A stretch of DNA of 64,000 nt. Origin: Prasinococcaceae sp. CCMP 1430. Taxonomy: Eukaryota; Plantae; Prasinodermophyta. The position numbers were made by a program, and so were the translations under genes. The first letter of the stretch is position 1. The number at the start of each line of letters is the position of its first letter. Below are positions 34,425-42,658 of the stretch, one piece after another. The stretch is taken from NCBI GenBank assembly GCA_013416795.1, contig RQSC01000024.1, forward strand, positions 225,982 to 289,981. Reading direction: 5' to 3'. Below the pieces are notes generated by a model. It was not told the DNA's origin. It saw only the letters and a program-made list of their open reading frames with translations, and made no database searches.

Positions 34425-35206
34425 CCCCCCGGACTGCGCATGGGAGCGCGTGCAGGCCGCGCGCTACGCCGTGCGCGACAGGGGGCTCTGGAGGTGGCCG
34501 CCGCACGTGGTGCGTGGCGTGACGTGGGGCGGGGCGCACCGTTTGCCGCGCGCCCCAGCTCGCGCGTGCCAGCGCGTTGCAGCGCGGAGCGCTGACTCGC
34601 GCGCTCGCCACGCCGCCGCGCTCTGCGGCTGAGCAGAACCTCCTGTACCCCTTCGCACCCCTGTGCGACGTCGGGGCGCACGTGGACGCGCTCGCCCGCG
34701 CCGCCGCTGAGGTGGAGCCCTTCGATGTGACCCTTGGAGCATTTCGCACCTTCGCCCACCGCCACTCCGCGACGCTGTGGCTCGACCCGGCGTGCGAGCC
34801 GGCCGGCGCCCTCGACGAGCTCCAGGCGGCGCTCATGCGAGCCGCTCCGCTCTTCGACGACCAGCGGAGCCTGCACGGCGGCGTGTTCACGCCGCACATG
34901 TCGATCGCGCACTTCCCTTCGATCAACGCCGCGCGCCGTGCGGAGGAGGAGCTCGCGCGCGAGTGGGAGCCCGTCGCGTGGAGGTGCACAGAGGTCCACG
35001 TGATGGCGCGCGAAGGCGCCGCGGGCCAGTTCAGGCGAGTTTACCGCATCCCGGTCGGCAGCGGCGGGCCGGCCGGCGCCGCGGCGGCGCTGGCGGACGA
35101 GCCGCCGCATTCGTACCCGCACATGCCCGCCGAGCCGCCCGAGTGGTGCGAGCACGCGGCGCGCGGCCGCCGGTACGGCGCGCGCGGGGTCGCATCGTCG
35201 ACGTGA
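34381..35206 (+). CDS. 2H phosphoesterase (2'-5' RNA ligase superfamily); intron 34510-34636; start codon unresolved
   Basis: Spliced KVHTSTVALIPP...RWPPHV|NLLYPF and FTPHMSIAHF give the two His motifs of the 2H fold. Confidence 0.78.
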
Positions 35207-35347
35207 CGGAGCGCCGCCGCGCGCGCGGCGGCCCTCGCCGCGGACGGACCGCCCTCCCCCTAACACTCCCGACAACCCCCTCACACACACACACACACAG
35301 ACCGCACAAAAAGACACACCCGCACTCCCCCCCCCCCCGCGGGCAAG

Positions 35348-37246
35348 ATGAATTCCCTCGCGGCGTACCAGAAGGACCGCCTGCGCGAGGGCACCATCAT
35401 GCAGCCCGTCGGCGGCATGCAGCGCCTGCGCAAGTCGGTGACGCGCAAGACCATCGACGCCGCCACGTCGGTGCTCAACCAGCGCTCGGCACACGCGCAC
35501 CGCGCCGACGCCGAGCGCGACGCCGAGTGGCTGCAGGCCCGCACGGAGGACGTGTTCCGAATGGAGCCCCCGAGCTCCTACCCGCACCTCCCCGCGACCA
35601 GCATCTGCTCGAGGTTCGTGCACAGCGCGGTGAACGTCAAGGCGAAGACGCCCATTTACCAGGCGGCTTGGACGCCAGACGGCCGCCGCGTGGTCGCCGC
35701 GTCGCAGAGCGGCGAGTTCACGCTGTGGTCGGGGTCGGCGTTCCACTTCGAGTCGATCCTGCAGGCGCACGAGTGCGCCGTGCGCACGCTGTGCTGGAGC
35801 CGAAGCGGCAACTGGCTGCTCGCCGGCGACGACAGCGGCACCGTCAAGTACTGGGAGCCCAACCTGAGGAACGCGCGCGCCATCCAGGCGCACAAGGAGC
35901 CGTGCCGCTGCGTGGACTTCGCGCCGAGCGACCTCAAGTACGTCACGGGCAGCGACGACACCACCGCCAAAATCTGGGACTTCGCGAGCGGAAAGGAGGA
36001 GATGACGCTCGCCGGGCACGGTTGGGACGTCAAGGCGACGGGGTGGCACCCCCACAAGGCGATGGTCGCCACGGGCGGCAAGGACAACCTCGTGAAGCTG
36101 TGGGACGTGCACTCGGGCAAGGAGCTCGCGACCATGCACGGCCATAAGAACACCGTCATGAATGTGAAGTGGAACGACAACGGCAACTGGCTGCTCACGT
36201 GCTCGCGTGACTCGCTGGCAAAGGTGATGGATGTGCGCATGATGAAGGAGCTGCAGACATTCCGTGGTCACAAGCGCGACGTGACGTGCTGCACCTGGCA
36301 CCCCATCCACAACGAGTACTTCGTCACCGGCGGGTTCGACGGCAGCTTGAATCACTGGATAGTCGGCGAGAAGGACCCCGTGCAAGAGAGCAATGCCGGG
36401 CAGGACCAGGCCGTCTGGTCGGCCTCCTTCAACCCGCAGGGCCACATCCTCGCAACGGGCTCGCAGGATCACACGACCAAGTTCTGGAGCAGGAACCGCC
36501 CGGGCGAGAACCTCGTCGAGGACTCGCACGCCGCCGCGGTGCACGCGCGCGACGACGAGGACATGCGCGCCCCGCGATATGCGCGCGATGGCGGCAGGGA
36601 AACCGACGCGCGCGGCGGCGGCGCGTACGACCGCAGTGGCGGTGGTGCCGAGCCTGCCCACGCCACTCGCAGCAGCGGATCGGGCTCGGCCATTCCGGGC
36701 CTGGCAGGGGCCGGCGGTGGCATGCCCGGCATACCTGGCGTGGGCGGCGGTGGCATTCCTGGGCTCGGTGGCGGCGGCGCCATTCCCGGACTCGCGGTCG
36801 GAGCCGCGGCGGTGCCTGCCGCCGCAGGAGCGACGGCCCTGCTCGGCGCGTCTGTATCGGCCTCATCCAAGCCGATCGACCGCGAGGCGCTGCTCGCTGG
36901 CTCGAAGCGACAGGCAGACTCGCGAGGGGGCGCGGGCAGCAACAAACGCGCGCGCGGCGGCCCGCCTCCCTTCGGCATGCCGCCCCCGATGATGGGGCCC
37001 GGCGGCATGCCACACATGATGCCCCCGGGCGGGCCGGGCTTTGGCGGTCCGCCCGGCATGGGCCCCCCTCCGCCTGGCATGCCGCCGCCACCTGGCTTCC
37101 CCGGCGGCCCGCCTGGGCCGCCTGGCCAAATGGGCCAGATGGGCGGGCCTCCCGGCCCGCATGGGCAGCAGCAGTGGCGGCCCGGCATGCCGCCTCCGAT
37201 GGGCGGCCCCCCGCCGCCCGGGTACCCTCCTCCGCCCCGCGGCTGA
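35348..37246 (+). CDS. FY: Pre-mRNA 3'-end processing WD40 protein FY/WDR33/Pfs2
   Basis: RKSVTRKTID, FVHSAVN, WTPDGRR, SQSGEFTLWSG..FHFE.ILQAHE, WD40 repeats ending TKFWSRNRPG, Pro/Gly-rich tail. Confidence 0.93.
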   Translation: MNSLAAYQKDRLREGTIMQPVGGMQRLRKSVTRKTIDAATSVLNQRSAHAHRADAERDAEWLQARTEDVFRMEPPSSYPHLPATSICSRFVHSAVNVKAKTPIYQAAWTPDGRRVVAASQSGEFTLWSGSAFHFESILQAHECAVRTLCWSRSGNWLLAGDDSGTVKYWEPNLRNARAIQAHKEPCRCVDFAPSDLKYVTGSDDTTAKIWDFASGKEEMTLAGHGWDVKATGWHPHKAMVATGGKDNLVKLWDVHSGKELATMHGHKNTVMNVKWNDNGNWLLTCSRDSLAKVMDVRMMKELQTFRGHKRDVTCCTWHPIHNEYFVTGGFDGSLNHWIVGEKDPVQESNAGQDQAVWSASFNPQGHILATGSQDHTTKFWSRNRPGENLVEDSHAAAVHARDDEDMRAPRYARDGGRETDARGGGAYDRSGGGAEPAHATRSSGSGSAIPGLAGAGGGMPGIPGVGGGGIPGLGGGGAIPGLAVGAAAVPAAAGATALLGASVSASSKPIDREALLAGSKRQADSRGGAGSNKRARGGPPPFGMPPPMMGPGGMPHMMPPGGPGFGGPPGMGPPPPGMPPPPGFPGGPPGPPGQMGQMGGPPGPHGQQQWRPGMPPPMGGPPPPGYPPPPRG

Positions 37247-37489
37247 TAATAATGATGGTGAAAGACGCGCCCCATTGAGCTCGCGCGACCCGCCCGGCCT
37301 CGCCCACCCCCGCCGAGCGCGCGTCGTGTGCGTGCGCGTCGTGTGCGTGCGCGCGCGTGTGTGCGTGTGCCGCGCGTCAAGGACGGGGTGAGCTCGCACG
37401 CGCCGTGAAGCTTTGGAGAAAAATCATGCGCTATCTTTTTTAATGGAAAAAAGGCTTGCACGCGAGCTCAGCTGTACGCACCCTCGTCG

Positions 37490-39817
37490 CTACGGCCCCC
37501 ATGGACTGCGCGGCGGAAGCCCCGTCACGTCCACAGGCGGCGTCGCCACGGCGACGCCATGCATGGTCGGCCCGTGCGGTGGCGCGCTCGTGATCATGCG
37601 AGGCTGCATGCCGGCCCCCAGCGTCCCGTGGGGTGGAGGCGGCACAATTGGTGCCTGGCCGCCCGCCGCGGGTGCTCCGCCCACCACCGCTCCCGCCGCC
37701 GCCAGCGGTACCTGCAGCATCGGCGCGACCGTCCGTTTCGCGGCGGCTTCGTTTCCCTGCCTGATGAGCAGCGTAGGATCGTTTGCGGCCGAGTCGCGGC
37801 CCCAGCTCGCCTGCCCTGGCGGCCCCGCCGAGCTCTGCGGCGTCAGGTGCACGGTGGACGTGGTGACCGCCGCGGCGCCACTCTGCGCGGAGCCCAGGCT
37901 CGTGAGGCGATAGTAAGGCTCCTTGAGATCGAGCTTTGCGGTGGCGACCATCGGGCGGCCGTGGTGGAGTGGGTTGGAGCTGCCGCTCCGCTCGACCTGC
38001 AGGCTGATCTCGATGTCGTACGACTGCCGCGAGTGCGCGGTGAGCTTCAGGTAGCCCGAGAGCACCTGGCCGGCGACGAGCACGAGCGGCGTCGACATGA
38101 GGCACCGCAACTGGTGCCAGTGCGTCGTGGGCAGGCCGGGCGCCGTCGAGAGCCAGCGAGCGGCCTTGGAGCCGTTGAAGAGCACGTCGAACCAGCACGC
38201 CAGCCCGTGGCAGCGCCCCACCGAGGTGGAGACGTAGTGCAGCGGCATGACGATCTCCTGCAGGTCCTTCTCGTCGGCCGTGGTGAAGTCGATGACGTGC
38301 GAGACGGGCGCCGCCAGCAGCAGGTTGGGCGAGAAGGAGTCAATCACCGGCTGCTCGAGGTAGGCCTTCGTGGCCGTCTCGTACAGGGCCTCCATGTCGA
38401 CGCCGTAGTAGTTGCTCTGCTGCCAGAAACCCGCGCGGTTCAGGACCTCGGTGTAGAGGAACTCGTCGGAGAAGGGCGACACGTGGATGCGCCCCAGCAT
38501 GGGGTACATGCGGCCGTTGGGCTTCATGAAGCGCTTGCGCGCGATGATGTACGTCTCGAGCATGCGCTCGTTCACCAGCAGCGTGCCCATGGGCTCGGAG
38601 ATGAGCACGTCGGCCTGCTCGGGCAGCTCGATCTCTTCGACCTTGCCGCGGATGATCTCGATGCGGCTCGCGTACACCGGGTTGGACTCGACCAGCCGCC
38701 GCGCGTGCTCGCACACGCTCGACGCCTCGATGGCGTACACCTTGCGAGCACCCGCCTGCACGGCGAAGATGCCCAGGATGGCCGTGCCCGCGCCCACGTC
38801 GACCACCACCGCGTCCTCGAAGTCGACGTGGTTCTCCAGGATGGCGGCGTAGTACGTCGACGTGCGCACCATGTCCTGGAGCATGTTTTGCTGGTGCAGC
38901 AGCTGGCCGTAGTAGTGGAAGTAGAGCTCGGCGCTCGCCCTGTCGGTCTTCTGGTAAAAGAGGGAGTCCTCCGCCGCCCCTTGCTCGCCGCCGCTGCCGT
39001 TCCCCCCGAGCGCGAGGGTGTCGAAGCTGTTCTTGCCGTCGCTGCCGCCGTTGACGCCCGCGGCCGCGCCGCCGCCGCCGAGGCCGCGGCACCTCTCCAC
39101 GATCTCGGCGAAGCGCTTCGTCGACTCCGAGCTCGGCAGCTGCACGAGGAACGTGCGCCGCACGCGCGCGCGCTTGCTCGCCTTGCGCCTGCCCCCGCGC
39201 CTGGCCTCGCCGTTGCCGGCGCTCCCGTTGCGCTTGCGCGTGCCCGCGCCGCCGCCGCTGTCGCCCGCCGAGTCGAAGGCCTGGCCAGCCTCCTCGTCGC
39301 TCTCGTCGGTGGGCAGGCCCTCCGAGCTCTGCGCGTCGGGCGAGCTGTTGTTGAACGAGCACGACGTGAGCGCGCGCGTGGCGCCGCCCTCGTCGCCGCC
39401 GCCCGCGCGGCGCGCGACCTCGAGCGACCACAGGAAGCGCTGGCCGCCCATCGCGCACCATTGCAGCCGCGAGTCGGCCGCCGCGCGCACCTCCACGCCG
39501 TCGGCCGTGTTGAGCGTGATGTACGTGTTTCCGTCGCCGTGCTCCTCGAGCCACAGGATGGCGGGGATGGCCTCGCCCACCTCGACGGGCGGCGCCGCGT
39601 GCGCGCCCGTGGGCGCCTTGTCGAAGAGCTCCGAGGCCGTCACGCCCTCGAGCACGACCGTCGGGAAGGTGGTGCTTGGGCCGTTGGCGATGTCGCCCGC
39701 GCCGCCCGCGTCGTGGACGGTGCCGTTGCCGTTGCCCGCGCTCAGGCCGCCGGTCAGCGCGCCGCCCTCGCCGAGCGGGCAGCCGGCCGCGCCGCCGCCG
39801 TCTCCCAGGCCTTGCAT
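37490..39817 (-). CDS. PRMT4: Protein arginine methyltransferase 4 / CARM1; intronless
   Basis: YFHYYGQLLHQQNMLQDMVRT, VVVDVGAGTAIL, VYAIEAS, DVLISEPMGTLLVNERMLE, THWHQ loop, LDLKEPYYR; PH-like N-terminal domain; ATG 39817. Confidence 0.95.
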   Translation of the reverse strand: MQGLGDGGGAAGCPLGEGGALTGGLSAGNGNGTVHDAGGAGDIANGPSTTFPTVVLEGVTASELFDKAPTGAHAAPPVEVGEAIPAILWLEEHGDGNTYITLNTADGVEVRAAADSRLQWCAMGGQRFLWSLEVARRAGGGDEGGATRALTSCSFNNSSPDAQSSEGLPTDESDEEAGQAFDSAGDSGGGAGTRKRNGSAGNGEARRGGRRKASKRARVRRTFLVQLPSSESTKRFAEIVERCRGLGGGGAAAGVNGGSDGKNSFDTLALGGNGSGGEQGAAEDSLFYQKTDRASAELYFHYYGQLLHQQNMLQDMVRTSTYYAAILENHVDFEDAVVVDVGAGTAILGIFAVQAGARKVYAIEASSVCEHARRLVESNPVYASRIEIIRGKVEEIELPEQADVLISEPMGTLLVNERMLETYIIARKRFMKPNGRMYPMLGRIHVSPFSDEFLYTEVLNRAGFWQQSNYYGVDMEALYETATKAYLEQPVIDSFSPNLLLAAPVSHVIDFTTADEKDLQEIVMPLHYVSTSVGRCHGLACWFDVLFNGSKAARWLSTAPGLPTTHWHQLRCLMSTPLVLVAGQVLSGYLKLTAHSRQSYDIEISLQVERSGSSNPLHHGRPMVATAKLDLKEPYYRLTSLGSAQSGAAAVTTSTVHLTPQSSAGPPGQASWGRDSAANDPTLLIRQGNEAAAKRTVAPMLQVPLAAAGAVVGGAPAAGGQAPIVPPPPHGTLGAGMQPRMITSAPPHGPTMHGVAVATPPVDVTGLPPRSPWGP

Positions 39818-41156
39818 GGCGACCCGCCGGGGGAAGGGGGTGGGGGCGCGGGCGCCGAGGGCAGCGCACTCCCCACCCGCTCCCGCGACCGACCCTCCCA
39901 CCACCACCCGACCACTCCCTTCTTCCCCTCCGAGCCCTCGCACCGCGCGCCGAGGGCGGCAGGGGTGGGGAGGGCGCGGACCCAGGCGCGGATGGGGGNC
40001 CGCATCCGCAAAAGTCTCCCCCCCCGCCAGGCTGGCCCGGCCGGGACCTCGCGGCTTCCGAGCGCGGCGCGCGCGGCCATCAAAACGCACCCGCGCGCGC
40101 GTATCTCCCCGCCGGCCCCCCTTCCATCCCGGCCGGACCGCGCGCCGCCTTTTGATACGCACGCGCGCGCGCGCGGCGGCCCGCGCGCGCGACACTCCCG
40201 AAATACGAACCGCGAAAACGGCCGGCCGGGGCCGGCCGCGCATCTCGCGCCCGTCTCGCGGAAAGTGCCAGGGGGATCCCCCCGGAATGAGGGGCGACAC
40301 CCGATGCATTCCTCGAGGATGAGACCGGGTGAGAGCGTCGACAGACCGGGGTCGGACGCGCGGGGGAGTTCGCGGAAGCGCCCCGCGCGCCGCTCCGCGA
40401 AAAGCGCGCGGCGCCGCGCCGCGCCCGCGGGAGCCGGCCGGCCGGCCGTGCGCGAGAGAGAGATTTGTGCGGCCCCGGATTTTCGGTGCCGCGGGGAGGC
40501 CCCACGCCCACACGACGGATATATGTGCATCGGAAGGGGCGAGATACATCAGCGCTGCTTCGATTCGATCACGGGCGCGCGCGCGCGCGCGCGTTTCCCG
40601 GATCCGAATCCGCGCACGCCACCGAGTCCCCTTTTCTTTCCCGGTACCCCGTCGTTTCGTGCGCGTCGTCCGCGTGCGCCCCCTTCCGCTCTTTCCCTTT
40701 CTTTGCCGTCTTTTTTCGCGCGCCCGTCTGTGGCCTCCGGCTGCGGTGTTTTGCCGCTCTTCCAACGCTTTTTCTTTTCGGGTGCGTGTGTGTGTTCGCC
40801 TGGGCGTTCCGCCGTTTCTTTCCTTTTTCGTTTGTGTTTTCCGGTGTGCATGTGTTTTTTTGTTGCGGAGTGGAAAAGGGGCGTTTTTTCCCGCGGCGTC
40901 GATCGATCGATTCCACGTGGGGCGCGCGCGGGGCGCTTCCGGCCGCGCGCGGAACTATCCCGCGCCGCGAAAAGATCCTCGGGCGGCGGCCGCGCGGCGC
41001 CGTGGCGCGGCTGCGGCACGTGCGGCCTCGCCTGCGTTTCGATGGGGGATCGGACGGGACGCGCGCGCGCGCGCGCGCGCGCGCGGGGCCGCGGCCCCCC
41101 CAACCCAAACCCGACGCGCGGAGGCCAAAATTAAAAAACAAAAAAAACGGATCTGC

Positions 41157-41205
41157 AATTCCAATTCCAATCCCAATCCCAATCCCAATCCTCCAATCCG
41201 CAATC
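41157..41205. repeat. Degenerate (CCAATY)n hexamer repeat
   Basis: CAATTCCAATTCCAATCCCAATCCCAATCCCAATCCTCCAATCCGCAAT in intergenic DNA. Confidence 0.8.
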
Positions 41206-41511
41206 CGCCGCCGTCGATGTGTTTTCTGTAGTGTTGCCCGTGCTGGTTGGGTGTGACCGTGACCACCACCACCCAACAAACAAACCAAAGTAAAAAGTTT
41301 TTTTTTTCGCGCGCGGCGCGGGCGCTTTGGTGCGCGCGCGGCCGCGGCCGGGGGCTGCGGGGTGGGGAGCCGCCTGCACCCTCTCTCCCACCACCACCAC
41401 CACCACCACCACGCGGACAGACAGACAGAAAAGCGCTCTCCGCTCCGCGCTGCTCTGCGCCGAAACCCGCGCACATGGAAATGCACAAAGAACCAATCCT
41501 CAGGAAGCTGA

Positions 41512-41780
41512 GAGCTGGTGACACACGATCTCATAGGTGTGCATTTGGCTTCAACTTTTCATGTGAGCTGGTGACACACGATCTCATAGGTGTGCATTTG
41601 GCTTCAACTTTTCATGTGAGCTGGTGACACACGATCTCATATGTGTGCATTTGGCTTCAACTTTAACTTTTCATGTGAGCTGGTGACACACGATCTCATA
41701 GGTGTGCATTTGGCTTCAACTTTTCATGTGAGCTGGTGACACACGATCTCATAGGTGTGCATTTGGCTTCAACTTTTCAT
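41512..41780. repeat. Minisatellite, about 5 tandem copies of a 53-bp unit GAGCTGGTGACACACGATCTCATAGGTGTGCATTTGGCTTCAACTTTTCATGT
   Basis: Units start at 41512, 41565, 41618 (59 bp; one G>T change and a 6-nt AACTTT insertion), 41677 and 41730 (51 bp). No unique spacers. Confidence 0.97.
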
Positions 41781-42077
41781 TGGTCGACATGAACCATCAA
41801 GGCGTAGTTCTGCATGCGCCCCGCGTCCGGCGCCGCGCGTTCGCGCGACGTGGTATCGCGCTTCTGAGCGCGCCGCGTGCGACGTTCGAACGAGCGGAGC
41901 GAGCGAGCGAGCGAGCGCGCGGGCGCCCGGGCGCCGGCGCGGGTGGGTGGTGGGTGGGNNNNNNNNNNNNNNNNNNNNNNNNNNNNNNNNNNNNNNNNNN
42001 NNNNNNNNNNNNNNNNNNNNNNNNNNNNNNNNNNNNNNNNNNNNNNNNNNNNNNNNNNNNNNNNNNNNNNNNNNNNN

Positions 42078-42516
42078 GGCGCGCGGCGCGGCGGCGGGGT
42101 CCCGCGCCGCGTTCGAGGCCAGCCCGTACGCGACCGGCGCCGAAGGCGGCGGTGGCGTCGACGTCGCGCTCACGCCGTGCGCGCTCTACGTGCGCGCGCG
42201 AGACTCGGGCGGCGTTGGCGCGAGCATGCGGCCGTACGAGCGCAGGGTGGCGCTCGCGGCGGTGGGCGGCGTCGCGATCAGCCCACTCGAGGACGGCTTC
42301 ATCTGCGTGCGCGTCCCCGAGGAGACGACCGACGAGCTGCTGGTCGTCTCCGACAAGCGCGCATTCGCGCGCGCCCTCGCGGCGGCATCGGGGAGGCGCC
42401 TCCCGCTGGAGACGGCCGAGACCTTCGAGTACCGGCCTGCGCCGCGCGAGCGCGCGCAGGCGAGCTTCGCCGCCAACGGCGGCGGCGTCTGGGCTCGTTT
42501 GCGCGCCGTACCGTAG
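42078..42516 (+). CDS. C-terminal part of a Myosin_TH1 (class I myosin tail homology 1)-like domain protein; 5' part in gap
   Basis: RRVALAAVGGVAISPLEDGFICVRVP...ELLVVSDKRAF...RLPLETAETFEYR resembles the TH1 pattern RRI.L..I.GVS.S.L.DGF...H...D.L....K...........L...F...FEY. Confidence 0.6.
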
Positions 42517-42658
42517 CTGGCCGCGCGGGACGTGGACACTGTAATGTATGATGAATTGTACACGTACTGCGCGCGCGGGCAGAGCCGCCACCGCGGCAGT
42601 GCAAAGCGAGCGCATCTTGCTACACGCGAAGGGGGAAGGGGGGGGGGGGGCGCCGCGT

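Noticed and set aside
39820-41500. Coding potential upstream of PRMT4, including the 1091-aa ORF extension
   Set aside because: Low-complexity CG/T-rich sequence crossing an N; homology begins at ATG 39817.
41512-41780. CRISPR array
   Set aside because: Units are contiguous with no unique spacers, there are no cas genes, and the context is eukaryotic; it is a minisatellite.
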